In this document: in pieces, positions 40,201-56,832 of the stretch
Layout: each line of letters begins with the position of its first letter
Numbering within the stretch: position 1 is the first letter of the stretch
Origin: Sminthopsis crassicaudata
Taxonomy: Eukaryota
Assembly (NCBI RefSeq): GCF_048593235.1
Contig: NC_133617.1
Location: 73,678,937-73,742,936 of the forward strand
Direction of reading: 5' to 3'
DNA: 64,000 nucleotides
Notes under the pieces: model-generated
Databases searched by the model: none
What the model saw: the letters and a program-made list of their open reading frames with translations, nothing else
Told to the model about the DNA's origin: nothing
Translations under genes and position numbers: made by a program

Positions 40201-43200
40201 ATCAGGTCTCTCAGACCAGCATTCTATTCACTGGCACCTCACTGACATTATATATGAGGATATTGAGGTTTATGGAGACTGTGATTTTGATAATTAGGAT
40301 TTGAATACAGGTCTTTCTGATTCTATATCCTGTACATTTTCCACTACAGCACTGAGTCATCTACATGACTTTGTGTTAGGTTCTTACTAAGTGCTATTGA
40401 GATAATGAGATATTAGGTTCTTACGAGGTGCTAAATCAGCAAGTCATTTACTCCAGCCTTAGTTTTCTAATTTGCAAAAGGAATGGGGTTGGATTTCATG
40501 ATTTCTGGAAGGTTCCATTTTTATATTTTGCATACCTTAAAATATACCCAATATAGCTTAGGTAAATCCTTTCATTAGAAAATTGCTCTAAAGCGAGAGT
40601 TCTTACAGAGTTTTGTAAAAAAATTTTAGATGACAGTATAATTGGTTTTATTTATTATCCTATATGGTCTATTTTATGCATGTAAAAACATTTCCAAAAA
40701 GGTGTCCATTTGTTTCAGCCTGACAAAACATCATACTAAAGCATTTGCTTTACTGGTTAAACTCATAATTTCAAGAGTTCAAAAGTTTTCAGAGGCAGAG
40801 CCCTAAAATCAAGCACAAAAATTGAGGGCATTGGCAACACAATCCTTCAGTAATGTAGGAAAAAAACCTGAACTTAACAATTGGTTAGTAAGAATGATTA
40901 AAATAGGAAACTGCCAGATAGCTGGCCAGTGGCCACATTCCCAGTGAATTCTTTGATGTTTCTGCACCATCTTATTTTCTAGGTCACTGATCTCATGTCA
41001 GACACAAAAATTACTAGTTATAACTTCTCAGAACTTCTTGAACTGGAATCCTTCAGGGGGTGGAAAGCTCTATATTCTCAGGCAGTTCATTTCATTTGGG
41101 GACTCCGGTACTCCATTAGGAAACTTTTCCTTAGATTGAAACAATGCCCCCACTGTAGCTTCTATGTATTCCTTCTATTCCTACACCTCAGGGCCAAGCA
41201 GAACAAGGAAAAAGCTGTTCCAATTTAAATGTTTTTTAAAAGATTATTTAAAAGGGGAGGAGGTTTTTCAACCATTCCAATGGTTTTTGCTCTGTTACTC
41301 AGACTGGGATGGCCATGGTATTAACAGATTCCAGCATCAGTATACCTAAAGCACAGGAGCATCCACTTAAATGACATTTACTTAAGGTGTCCAAAAGTCC
41401 AACCAACTTAATCTGGCTTCATTCAAAGCCCTAGGAGCTTTATTCTCACTTGCAAGTTTCTAGTTAGGCTTGCCCACAGTTATTAGAACTGCCAAGAATG
41501 GGAATACTAAGGGTCTCCGTGTCCTTTTTCTTTAGTTTTTTGTTCCAAGATTCATCTTGCCTTCCCAATATGAGGCAAAAAAAAAGCAAAAGCTGGTATT
41601 TGGAGCATAAATTCTGGAGACAGCTACCCAATTAGGAGGAGCTATTTTTAATGTTTTATTTTAAGATTATTCCCATTCTCTCCCCATCTGCTCTTCTTAG
41701 CTCTGACTTCATATACAAACAAGGCTCAATTTACTTAACTGAGAAAAGTCTAATGTCAGTTTTGTAGCTTTGCAAGGCCTTTCTTTTTCATTATCTTTTG
41801 AGTGTTAGATTTTGTCATATTATTCTTAATTGTTAGAAAATCAATAAGGAACTCTTTCCGATTTCCATCTTCATTACATTGCTTTATTGCAATGTCAAAC
41901 TTAATTGTATTGCATAATTGCAATTCCTGCAATTTCAAGGATTAGGAAACTGGAATCTTCGGTAAATGGTCAAAACTTCTTGGTTATATTAACCTAATTT
42001 GAAACTGAATTCTCAGTTTAGGGATAGAAGAGAAACTGATCACAAAAACATCAGCTAGAGCTCTATATGCACAGGATGTCAGGATAAGGAAAATTTATAG
42101 TCCTTCCACCACTCACATAAAGACCTTAGGGGAAGAAAATGAGATCTTTTCTTTGACTCCAAAATTGTAGAAAATACGAAGGGCCCTAGAGGATTATTCC
42201 AACCAAATGGTGTCATTTGGGAGAATACTCAGGCTCCAAAAATGAGCAAGGGACAATCTGAATCAACATTTACAGATTCTTGTTATGGTCAGTGATATAT
42301 CCAAAATAGTTACCTTCCTACTGATCGCTTCATGATCCCATAAATGAAAACTTCCCAGCTGAAGTCTAAAGTAGTTAGGGATAGCGGAAATTAGCATCTA
42401 TTTCTTAAAGGCTTTGGTAATGTTACAGAATAGGGTTGTAAAAATGTTGGGCATTACATTTCAAAAACTAGGAAACCATTCATTATATGTCTGAATTAAA
42501 GCCAAATGGAACAGTTTCCATGAGCAATGGTAATGCAGCTGGAAGGGATCCAGTGGCCTTTAAGCAGATTAGAAAGAAGAGACAGTCCAAGTGTTATACT
42601 GACATCTCCATTAATATTAAAAGAACCAAAGAAAAGCTTTCCAGGAAATTCTGAGAAGTCCTGTCCCTGCCCCTATTTTGCATAGATCCTAGAATATCCA
42701 GGTTGGTGTGAGAAATAATTTTTACATTGCTTTCTCCATTGAGACACAAGTAGGTAAAGAACACTATCCAAAAATAGATTTCAATAATATAGATCTTTAC
42801 AGGTATAGCGAATTACAACCCTATTGATCAAACAGATATTAGACTACTTAATGACTGGGAAAGCTTGTCTTATTACTATCCTCTTTCAAAACTACCACAA
42901 TTATCACTCTGCTTCTCCACTCCCATGAAGGAAGGATTAAATCAAGACTAAACACACCTTTAAAACATTGTACATGCTCTGTGTACTGTGTTTTCTCTTG
43001 CATAGTATGAAGACTTTAATATTATACCGTATTATTGATAAAAAGTGTTTACTAATTATCTATCTTGCAGAACAATAACATACTTCATTTGGGAGTGTGA
43101 CAAAATGGAAATGGTAACTAATGGTTAATATTTTGTTATTATTTGGTAGTAGAGAGGACATTTCTTCCCTTCAGGTAGTATAGTCATTCTAACTGTTCTG

Positions 43201-43615
43201 TCCTGGAAGGAATCACATCTGGAGTAGCTATAGGCATCACATTTTAAAAAGGGTATCAATAACCTTGGAGAGTGTCCAGGAGAAGGACTCCATCCCCCAC
43301 CCCATTCTTTTCTTCTTTATGTTAAACATTGATAATGTTGACTACTCCTTCCTTTTTGTCACTCTCCTCTCTTGACTTTTATGACATTACTTCCTCATGG
43401 CTCTCTTCCTAACTTTTTAGTCATCTTTTGCTTCATTCACTGGCTTCTTACTCCTTTTGTTCCCTAAATGTGATTCCCAAAACATTTTCCTTGGATCCTC
43501 TTATCTCCACATTAATTTACTTGAATGATAACAATACAGAAGGCTACCAAATGTAACTCTACCTCCAAACTCCTCCTCTCCCCTGCTCCAATCTCATAAT
43601 CCCTACTGCTGAGGG

Positions 43616-43763
43616 CAGAGGTGTCAAACCCAGGGCCAGAATGCCTATTTAAAGGTAATTGGGAAATATTTAACAAAATGAAAAGCACAAATAATGTTAA
43701 TATGTGGTTTCCGGAGTCAATATTCAACTATAGCAGGGATTCTTATTAATTTTGACACTACTG
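43616..43763. mobile_element. hAT-family MITE (same family as 5458-7024)
   Basis: Terminal inverted repeats cagaggtgtcaaa / tttgacactactg; no clean TSD. Confidence 0.7.
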
Positions 43764-44582
43764 GTTTACAAAGCTTCACCGCCTTCATATCTGGCTTTCA
43801 CCTCAAATTCTAACAAACAATTATTCAACACTGTTATATGCTTGAGAAGATAACAAAACTAAATAAGACACATTTCCTACATTTATGGAGTTCACAATCT
43901 AATAAACTAGGAATTAAAACTGAAATTATCACGTTCCTCTCAAAGCCTACTCTTTTCCCAACTTCCTGTTTCTGTTGATACCACCAGTCACCCAAACTCA
44001 AACCTGTGTAATCATCTTTAATTTCTTCCTCATCCTTTTCTTTCACCCTCGCCTCAAATTCAACAAATTATTGGGAAAGTTTTTGATTCCTTTTTTTCTT
44101 TTATTATTTGAGTCAAGAATAACTACTTTAATCATGAGAAAAATCACATAACTGACTGAAGTTTTCCTTAGGATGTGCTAATTTAGCTGAGACTCCTAGT
44201 TATTTTAAACTGGACTGGGCAAAAGTATTTCCCCTGACTACTTCATAGTGTTTTTTGATAAATTACATCTTATGTAATTTTTCTTCTTTGAATATCTTTG
44301 AAATGTAAATTCCACCAACATATCTTTGACATATAAATCTTAAAAATATCTTTGAAGTGTAAATTTTACAAGTGTATCTGTAAGGAATAAATTTTTATTT
44401 TTTCTTTCTGGCAGTTGCAAATTCCTTTCTCCTTCCAGAAGCTATAAATACAGAATTTTTTTTCTTTCTCTGATGTAAGTGGAGACTATATAAGTTTTAA
44501 TAAATCTTTGTTCATACATGAGAGTTAATTAAGAACTCTGGGCCTAGGCTGAAGTATATAATAAACCTGTTTTTCACCTAGG

Positions 44583-45590
44583 AGCAGAGCGCAACTGTAA
44601 AAGTAAAAAAAGAAGAAATACAAAAAGAAAAGGAAAAAAATAGGCAAGAAACAGAAAAGGATCTTTACCACAGAAATCTACTATGGTGACAGAGAAGACC
44701 AAAACACCTATTCAGATGAGAACAAAATGTCCACAGAAGAAATCTCAAAGAGTGATATGAATTGGTCTCAAACTCAAAGAAGCTTTTGGAAGTGCTCATT
44801 AAAGATTTTAAAAGGCAAATAAGTTAGAAGAAAAAATGAGAAAAGAAATGAGAGATATGTAAGAGAGAGTCAACAGCCTGGCAAAGAAAGGCACTTCATT
44901 TAAAAATACAATTGCCCAAATGCAATAACTAACTAAATAAATAAATAATCCACTGAAGAAAACAATACCTTGAAAAGTAGAATTAATCAAATAAAAAAAG
45001 AGACGCAAAAGTTAACTGAAGAAAATCATTAAAACTAAGAAAACTAGAACAGGGCAAATGGAAGCTAATGACTCTATGAGACATCAAGAATCAAACAAGA
45101 ATGAAAAATGGAAGAAAATGTAAAATACACATTGGAAAAACAACCAACATGGAAAAAAAGATCCAGAAGAGACATTTTAAAAATTATTGGTCTGCCTGAA
45201 GGCCATGACCAAAAAAGGGTCTGGGTACCATTCTTCAAGAGACTATCAAGGAAAACTGCCCTGATATGCTAAATTAGTCATTGAAAAATAATTGTTTGGG
45301 AAAAGATCCCACAAGGAAAACCCCCAGGAGCATTGTTGTAAAACTCCAGAACTGTAATCTCAAGGAAAAAATATTGCAAGCTATCAGACAAAAATAATTC
45401 AAGTATCAAAGAACAACAGTCAGGATTACCCAGGATCTGGCAGCTTCTATAATAAAGGATCAGAGTGCTGGGAATACCATATTCTGGAAGGCAAAGGAAC
45501 TGGGGTTACAACCAAGAATTAACTACCCAGCAAGAGTGAGCATCATCTTTCAGGGGAAGAAATGGTTCTTCAATGAATTGAATTTTCAAT
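44583..45590 (+). mobile_element. Decayed L1 (or HAL1) ORF1 segment
   Basis: aggcaagaaacagaaaaggatctttaccacagaaatctactatggtgacagagaagacc...caggattacccaggatctggcagcttct...ccaagaattaactacccagc; no ORF2 follows. Confidence 0.8.
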
Positions 45591-46577
45591 GATACGTTAA
45601 AGATGTATGCCTAGAATTTGGAAAGTAGTCAGGAAATGGACATAGAGGTGGAATAAATCTTTAAAGAGGTTGTATCTGTGGGAACAAATGACTGCCATAT
45701 GAGAGTCAAGAGAAAAGGGGGCAAGGAAATACCTTTGGGAAATACTTATGTTAAGGAGAGGAAGTACTTTTATTAAGAAAGTAAAAATGGAAACTGGGGA
45801 CTAAAGAGAGAAATTTATTTACTTATGGCCAATGAACTTTGGGATTCGATGGGGTGGGATTGAATGAAAAGTCATGATAAAGGCAAAAAAGAGATCCAGT
45901 AGGAGTGAGGCACTAGGAGAAGTGAAACATAAGATTGTCTTGGTCACTGTAAATTGACCAAAGGTAATCAAGGCAGAGTAGAGATAAGAGATCATAGGGA
46001 TTGAGATAGGAGGTTGTGCAATCTGGGAAGAAATGAGCAATGAGACCAAGTTAAAGAAATCATCAGTATAAGTATTTAAGTTCCTAAAGCTAATAGCAGG
46101 TCATGAGGTACAAAGAAAGTCAACTAAGGAATCAGAAAATTTAGCTGAGGTGCTAAGATGGCCTCAAACAAAAAGCAGGAATGAGTTGTAATTTGAGTCT
46201 AAAGATTTTCAGAAAGAAGATTTCATCTGGCCAAATCAAAAATGTAGACAGATTGTGTGGAAATGCCCTTCTAAATGGCTTAAAAATAAGTTTTGAAGAT
46301 CTATGGTTCACACCAAAACTCTAATAGACTTAAAAGCTTTTGGCATCTTCTCAGAAAGCAATCTATAACTAAAGATCCAAATCTTGCCACAATCATGAGA
46401 GAAGTAATTAACAAAATAAATATAAGTTGCTGTACATATTCCATTGCTAAATATTAACAATAAATCTATACTAAGAGCATAGGATCAAAGATAGGAAGCT
46501 ATCTAATTCAGTTTCTTTGTTTTAGAAATGAGAAAACTAGATCCAGAAGTTTTTTCTTTGTCCTTGTCCTAAATCAT

Positions 46578-47573
46578 CAGAGGTTCTTAGCTTTTTTTTT
46601 TTTTTTTTTTTGTCACAAACCTATCTGGAAGTCTGGTAAATCCCATGGATGCCTTCTCAAAATAATTCTGTAAAATTCACAAATGAAAGATATACTAAAT
46701 TTCAGTTAGTACAAATAATGATGCAAATTTTTTTCTCATCCAAGTTTATTTTTTTTTATTTTTAAAATTAATTTTATAATTATAACATTTTTTGACAGTA
46801 CATATGCATAGGTAATTTTTTACAACATTATCCCTTGTACTCCCTTCTGTTCCGAATTTTCCCCTCCTTCCCTCCACCCCCTCCCCTATATGGCAGGCAT
46901 TCCCATACATATTAAATATATTATAGTATATCCTAGATACAATATATATGTGCAGAACCGAATTTTGTTGCTGTTGTTGTTGCAAAGGAAGAATTGGATT
47001 CAGAAGGTAAAAATAACCTGGGAAGAAAAACAAAAAATGCAAACAGTTTACATTCAATTCCCAGTGTTCCTTCTCTGGGTGTAGCTGATTTTGTCCATCA
47101 TTGATCAATTGGAACTGGATTAGATCTTCTCTATCAGAATACATCCTCCTACAGTATCATTGTTGAAGTGTATAATGATCCCCTAGTTCTGCTCATTTCA
47201 CTCAGCATCAGTTGATGTCTCTCCAAGCCTCTCTGTATTCATTCTGCTGGTCATTTCTTACAGAACAAAAATATTCCATAACATTCATATACCATAATTT
47301 ACCCAACCATTCTCCAATTGATGGACATCCATTCATCTTCCAGTTTCTAGCCACTACAAAAAGGGCTGCCACAAACATTTTGGCACATGTGGGTCCCTTT
47401 CCCTTCTTTAGTATTTCCTTGGGATATAAGCCTAGGAGTAGCACTGCTGGATCAAAGGGTATGCACAGTTTGATAACTTTTTGGGCATAATTCCAGATTG
47501 CTCTCCAGAATGGTTCTCATCCAAATTTAGAGACATCCTGAGTCTCCCATGAACCCTAACTTAAGCCCCCTTG
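46578..47573. mobile_element. Probable hAT/MER5-like DNA element split by an L1
   Basis: Terminus cagaggttcttagc; sequence resumes after the L1 and ends near cttaagcccccttg. Confidence 0.5.
46749..47513 (-). mobile_element. 5'-truncated L1 (ORF2 end plus 3'UTR)
   Basis: Translates LLGLYPKEILKKGKGPTCAKMFVAAL; TSD ttctcatccaagttta (46733-46748) / ttctcatccaaattta (47514-47529). Confidence 0.92.
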
Positions 47574-47959
47574 CTTTAAATGGATTTTTTCTAAGAATTT
47601 TATGGATATATTTTTCTTGATACATGAGATATACTGCTTGTTGTGATTGAGATGTACCATATAAGATTTGCCAGAGGTCGAATTTCTCCACTTTATCCAC
47701 CCCATTCTCTAATGAATAATCTTAATTCAGATGTTACTATCTCATTTATTTTATTTTAGAGCCTTTTCTTCATTTTGGACTTTCTGATCCCCAGTGATGC
47801 AACAGGGGAATTCTAAGAGTAACCTTTCCCACATTTATCATTCTTTTCAAACATGGCAAAAACATTTATTTAAAAACTAATTTTTACATAGCACTGAGAT
47901 ATAGAAAACTACAATTTGAAAGTGACCACAACTTGAAAGAGTTTGCATTTATTTATGGG

Positions 47960-49770
<1,811 letters not shown>

Positions 49771-52049
49771 CTGAAAAAATAAGCACAAAATATAAAATTT
49801 CACCTGATGTTTATTCTGGCAGAAAGAAAGTTGCTAGAATGCAATGGCTATATCCCAAAGAAAATTAGCATTGAACTGCCAAGGTGATGACAGGTTGCTG
49901 AGAATATGCCAGCTCAGAGAGTGAGCAGATATCCATACACATAGATGAAAGTGATATAAAGTACTCATACTATAAAAAATAGGCAGACACCCCATGCAAC
50001 CTGCATAATACATCATAGAAATAGGCATATGCAAAATACATACTGAATAGATAGAAGGTAACTTTAGAGGTAAAGATACTAGTAGCTAAAGGGGACTAGG
50101 CAAGATCTTGGATCTGGAAAGAAGTCATAATTTCTAAGAGTTGGAAAAGAGAAGGGAAATCATTCAGCCATGTGGTACAGCTAATGAGAAGACATAGAAA
50201 TAGCACATCTTATGGCTGTGTATAAAGAAGGCAAAGGCACTGGTATGATTAGTCTGTAGAGCAGAGATCAGCAAACTATGGCCCAAGGGCCAAATCTGAC
50301 CCACCACCTGTTTCTGTTTGTCCTGTGAACTGCTGATTCTGCCACAGAATATAAAGAAGACCATATAAACACAGAAAGAAGCCATGCCCATAGATTTTAA
50401 GTTTTATACTAGAGCTAATAAAGAGCCATTGAAGTCTTTGGAGAGAGGAGGATAACGACCTATGTATCTGGAAAGAGACTCTGAAAACTGTATGGAAGTT
50501 AGAGTTGGGAGAAATGAGGCAGGAGGCCAAATTGGATATTGAAATAGTCCAAGACAGAGGTCTTGAACCAGGGAAGTAGCAGTGTAAATAGCTTTAAAAA
50601 GTTCCCTTAATTGCCAATTGAATGTCCTTCTTTTCTCAGGCCTTACTTTTCTTGATCTTTCTACATTATTTGACCCTGCTGACTACTTTCTCTTCCTGCA
50701 ATTTTCTCTCTGGATTTTTGGGACTGCTTTTTTTTGTTTTCTTCTTACCTATCAATTTTTCAGTTTCCTTTTTTAGTTCTTCATCTATATCACACCTCCC
50801 AATTGTGGGTAATCTCATTAATTATGGAGAAATCCATCACCAGTAATTGGCTACCCAGCTAATAAATTTTTCTGGCCACAAAAATTCATGAAACAAAGAA
50901 AAACATGTTTCTGTTTCTTCAATGATGCTGGCATGATCAGGAGAAAGGATGTTAAGAATCAGTTGGTTTGACTGTTAGTTCTCTAAATGTGACACTCTTG
51001 GCCAATGGCCAATGAACGGGAATATTGTTAGAGAGGTGAACTGCATTAATCTTGACTTTCTTGCTATAAAATAAATCAAAAGAAAAAGAGAAGTTGCAAT
51101 GATGCAAGGATGGCTCACGTGGACTCCTTGGAGAAGCAAATAAAGGAAATGGAAGAGTAAGTTTTATCATGATGCTATGAGCAATAACAAACAATATTTC
51201 ATAGGTCATTATATTTGCCATCATGAGAATAATTACAACTTAATGCACCAACATCAGTTACTGACATTGAAGTAAATGAGAAATTCTACAAAAAAATTTA
51301 TCATGACTTTCCAAATTAAGTAAATATACATTCTGCTATAAGACAGCATGCTTTGGGAAGAAGAAATGAGGGAAGCTAGAGGATTTCACAGAAACCTCAT
51401 GCTTTATAGAATGAACACCTACTCTGAGAAAAAAAAAACCAGTAAGTGCTGTGCATAGCAAGCACCTATCACACACCAAATCTTGGCAGATAGAAGATAT
51501 ATTACTTATGTGAATGTCTCCTTAAAAGGCTGTCTGTATCAAAAAGACATCAGTAGAACTAAGTTCATAATTAGTAAAAATCAAGAAGCCTGAGAAAAAG
51601 GATACAACTGAAACAAATTCACCTTGAACTATTTAAGCAACTAACTGCAATCTTGTATGGCAACATAAATTTAGTGGTTATTATTAAATTCTAAAGATTG
51701 CAAATGTTTAACAGAAACCAAATATGGTTAATTAGTAATGGAGAAAGCATCCATTCAAACTTTTTTAAATTGGGAAGGCTGCCCAAGCAAGGAGAATGGG
51801 GAAGCTGCAGAATACACCAGGGCATGAGTAAACAAAACATGAATTGAGTAAAAGAATTCAAGGAATACTTTGCAAATACTTGAAAAAACTCCTAACAGGC
51901 CCTTTAAGAAGACAAAGAGCATATATAGGGCCACCTGGTGGTTACAGTGCAATAAATGTGATCAGAGATGAAAAGAGGACAGGAATGAAAAAGTATATTT
52001 GCTTTGCTATTTTGTGGGAGAATCACCAGAAAGATTCCTACTCACAAAC

Positions 52050-52480
52050 TTTTGGAATAGAAAATTCAGGATTCTAAGTTCAATTAAAGGCAAATACACA
52101 TATACAACATGTTCCAGATTTAATGTCGTCAGAACTAGATAATTCAATGTAAATCAAATATTAGGCAACAGAAAGTTTTTGAAGGTGGAACTATAGAATC
52201 AGAACTATATAGAATATGCCATCAGTCCTTACAAATTATCATCATATGCAAGACCAGTGAATTGCCAGTGCTTTGATCCATTCAAAAGGGAAGCTGGGAA
52301 ATTACAAACCTGTGAATTATATTTCTATGTCAACCAGTAAAAGCATCTATAATACAGAATAAGATCATTGAAAACTTATGAATATAAATTCTACTGGGGT
52401 AAGAGCTACATGGTAAGAATCCAAGTCTAATGAATCTAGGAGAACTCTTTAAAAATGCATTATTGGGCTGAAAAACTAAT
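52050..52480 (+). mobile_element. Ancient CR1/L3 RT fragment
   Basis: tcagaactagataattcaatg...ccattcaaaagggaagctgggaaattacaaacctgtgaatt resembles CR1 PGPD.../KKG...NYRPVSL. Confidence 0.55.
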
Positions 52481-52767
52481 TGGTTCTGTGTTATATTACT
52501 CAATATTTACCATTTATGTTCCAGTCTCAGGTGTTTGTAAAAATCAGACATTCAATTTAGCCAAATGGGGAATTCTATCTCCATAGCTACACCCTTTTGC
52601 CCCTATCTGATTGGCCAAAGTCTACCACCCAGAGTTTATTAAGCTGATTCATCACCATTACTGTAATCAGAATCTAAAGAGAGAAAAAAAATCCTAAAGA
52701 GTAATTTAATAGGCAGATTTAGAATGTTATAGGCGTATGTACTTAAAATGATGATGATGATGATGAC

Positions 52768-54853
52768 ATGATGGTATACTTAGAGAACCCCAAAGACTCT
52801 GCTAAAAAGCTATTAGAAATAATTCAGAATTTTAGCAAAGTCGCAGGATACAAAATAAATCCACATAAATCCTCAGGATTTTTATACATTACCAACACAA
52901 TCCAACAGCAAGAGATACAAAGAGAAATTCCATTCAAAATAACAGTCGATAGTATCAAATATTTGGGAATATATCTACCAAAGGAGAGTCAGGAATTATA
53001 TGAGCAAAATTACAAAACACTTGCCACAAAAATAAAGTCAGATTTAAATAATTGGAAAGACATTCAATGTTCTTGGATAGGCCCAGCGAATATAATAAAG
53101 ATGACAATACTCCCCAAACTAATCTATTTATTTAGTGCTATGCCAATCAGATTCCCAAGAAACTATTTTAATGACCTAGAAAAAATAACAACAAAATTCA
53201 TATGGAAGAATAAAAGGTCGAGAATTGCAAGGGAACTAATGAAAAAAAAGTCAGAGGAAGGTGGTCTAAGTGTACCTGATTTAAAGCTATATTATAAAGC
53301 AACAGTCACCAAAACCATTTGGTACTGGCTAAGAAATAGACTAGTTGATCAGTGGCATAGGTTGGGTTCACAGGGCAAGATAGTGAATAAAAATAGCAAT
53401 CTAGTGTTTGACAAAGCCAAAGATCCCAAATTTTGGGATAAGAATTCATTATTTGACAAAAACTGCTGGGAAAACTGGAAATTAGTATGGCAGAAACTAG
53501 GCATGGACCCACATTTAACACCACATACTAAGATAAGATCAAAATGGGTCCAAGATTTAGGCATAAAGAACGAAATCATAAATAAATTGGAGGAACATGG
53601 GATGGTTTACCTCTCGGACTTGTGGAGGAGGAAGGAGTTTGTGTCCAAGGGAGAACTAGAGACCATTATTGATCACAAAATAGAACATTTTGATTACACC
53701 AAATTAAAAAGTTTCTGCACAAACAAAACTAATGCAAACAAGATTAGAAGGGAAGTAACAAATTGGGAAAACATTTTTACAGTTAAAGGTTCTGATAAAG
53801 GCCTCATCTCCAAAATATACAGAGAATTGACTTTAATTTATAAGAAATCAAGCCATTCTCCAATTGATAAATGGTCAAAGGATATGAACAGACAATTTTC
53901 AGATGATGAACTTAAAACTATTTCCACTCATATGAAAGAGTGTTCCAAATCACTATTGATCAGAGAAATGCAAATTAAGACAACTCTGAGGTATCATTAC
54001 ACACCTGTCAGATTGGCTAAGATGACAGGAACAAATAACGATGAATGTTGGAGGGGCTGTGGGACACTGATGCATTGTTGGTGGAGTTGTGAAAGAATCC
54101 AGCCATTCTGGAGAGCAATCTGGAATTATGCCCAAAAAGTTATCAAAATGTGCATACCCTTTGACCCAGCCATACTACTACTGGGCTTATACCCCAAGGA
54201 ACTACTAGAGAAGGGAAAGGGTCCTGTATGTGCCAAAATGTTTGTGGCAGCCCTTTTCATAGTGGCCAGAAGCTGGAAGATGAATGGATGTCCATCAATT
54301 GGAGAATGGTTGGGTAAACTATGGTATATGAATGTTATGGAATATTATTGTTCTATAAGAAATGACCAACAGGAGAAATACAGAGAGGCTTGGAGAGACT
54401 TACATCAACTGATGCTGAGTGAAACGAGCAGAACCAGAAGATCATTATACACTTCAACAATGATACTGTACGAGGATGTATGCTGATGGAAGTGGATTTC
54501 TTCAACATAGAGAAGAACTAATCCAATTCCAATTGATTAATGATGGACAGAACCAGCTACATCCAGAAAAGGAACACTGGGAAATGAATGTAAACTGTTA
54601 TTTTTACCTTCTGAATCCAATTCTTCCTGTTCAACAAAAAATTCGGTTCTACACACATATATTGTATCTAAATTATACTGTAATATATTTAACATGTATA
54701 AGACTGCTTGCCATCTGGGGGAGGGGGTTGGGGGAGGAAGGGAAAAACTCTGAATAGAAGTAAGTGCAAGGGATAATGTTGTAAAAAATTACCCATGCAT
54801 ATGTACTGTCAAAAAATGTTATAATTATAAAATAAAATAAAAAATTAAAAAAA
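52768..54853 (+). mobile_element. Young 5'-truncated L1: open 572-aa ORF2 C-terminal half plus 3'UTR and polyA
   Basis: ORF 52768-54486 reads MMVYLENP...YLGIYL...CWRGCGTLMHCWWSC; TT|AAAA endonuclease site at 52743-52748; TSD aaa(atg)n-ac on both sides. Confidence 0.97.
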
Positions 54854-55953
54854 ATGATGATGATGACAATTAATAGAAGATATCCATAACTTGACTCTAG
54901 AGACCACTATAAAAGCCAGGATCCTGGGCTGGACAAACAATGAGTCTAGTTACAAGTGGCACAGATGTTTTAAAATACTCTGTGTAGTTCCTGTCACAGC
55001 ATCACACACAATCAAGTCCTTCCTTCATAAAACACTGCATGAGACGAACTAATCAGAGCTGTCAGAATAATCTCATTTGTGTCAATGTGTTTGTTATCTC
55101 CGCCTTAAGATTGTAAGATTCTCTTTTATTTTTCTATATCCCCACTGTTTAGGACAGTACCTGGCACATTGTAGATGTTTTAATATATGCTTACTGACAA
55201 CTCAACTAAACTAAACTTTATGCTATTAATTATTAAAACACAGTTTTAGCCAATATAGCTGTAGTTCCCAGTGCTACAAAGGGAATTTCCTGATGCATTT
55301 TACTATCCAATTAAACTCCTGGACTATCTAAGTCCTCAGGTTCCTCCCTCAATGTTTGGTAATTATTTTATGTCTGATTATTTCCCACCTTGCACACTCT
55401 ACTTCAATTAAGTCAATTTCTTTCCCCTACCCCAACCTTCCTCCTTCCTGTTTCTAAACCATTCATCTTTCTTGTTCTTTCCAGCTAAAATATTCTTCCT
55501 CCTCTACTGTCAATTCATGTCCAATGATAAAGCAAAACTCACTTGTCACCTCCCTCAATCAGCCTGCCCTGAGTAGCCCTGCATCTCCTTGGCACTTCTG
55601 TGTACTGCTAGTGTCTTGCTCTGCCATTGTTCCCATATGATATCAGTAACTGTTTCCATTTACTCAATCTAAAAATGAACTCTCCCCAAGACCAGGATTA
55701 TGTTTTTTATTCTTTGTGTCTCTAAAACCACCTACTATACTAAGGAATACAGAATAAGTGTGTGGTAAATTAGTGCCCAGCCTGGAGGAAGGAAGACCTA
55801 TCTTCCTGAATTCAAATCCAGACTCAAACACTTCCTAGCTGTGTGACCCTAGGCAAGTCACTTTGCCCTGTTTGCTCTGGTTTCCTCATCTGTAAAATGA
55901 TGACATAATGCACAAGATTAGGGGAAGGAGAGGTTTTCCAGTTACTAACTCAC

Positions 55954-56063
55954 CTGAGCAATTGTCTCTCAAGGCCTCTCTCCGGTGGCTCCTTGCATGT
56001 CCAGAACCCAGGGCTCTTCTTGCTCCAGCCAGAAAATCACATCAGATTTGACCACAGGAAGTC
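55954..56063 (-). pseudogene. Locus D: KRAB-B exon with frameshift
   Basis: aagcag|GLPVVKSDVIFWLEQEEPWVLDMQGAT...|gtgagt; 110 nt (not a multiple of 3), giving an in-frame TGA. Confidence 0.9.
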
Positions 56064-56627
56064 CTGCTTATGACAAAGAAAACAGGGCCTGGTGGTTTGT
56101 CCTGGTTAACCCAAACTTAGGTCCAGCCCTTGGACTTATAGAAACCAGGTGGGAGAAGAAAAGAACTGTTAGAGTGACTTCAACAGCAAATCCTGGAAAA
56201 ACGTATGTGCCCATTGGAAGAATTCCAGGATCATACTATCCATAGGATGAGGGAGGTCAAGATGACCTAGACTTGGAAACTATTAGGTCACATCTTCAAC
56301 TTATTAGAAGTGTAAACTCTCACCTCTGAGGATGTCCAAATTGGATCTTGATGACAGTCCTGGACCAAAGAGAGAATTTAGAGGATAGGAAATCTGCAGA
56401 TTCACAAAGAAGTCAAGGAAGCAATCCTTTTCTAGCTCTGGATAAAATAGGCTATGGTCAAGGAACAGGGGGGAGAAATACTTTTTCTGTGCCAATATAA
56501 AATGAAGAATCCTTAATACCTAAAGACTAAGCCCTAAGTCACCCAAATCCTTTGGACTCCACTATTATTCATTAATCAGACAGCTAATACACTCAGGGAG
56601 TTCTTAAATTCCAGGGAGAGGAATTAC

Positions 56628-56832
<205 letters not shown>

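Noticed and set aside
52768-54486. 572-aa ORF as a host gene
   Set aside because: It is the C-terminal half of L1 ORF2, lacking the endonuclease and most of the RT, with L1 3'UTR, polyA and TSD
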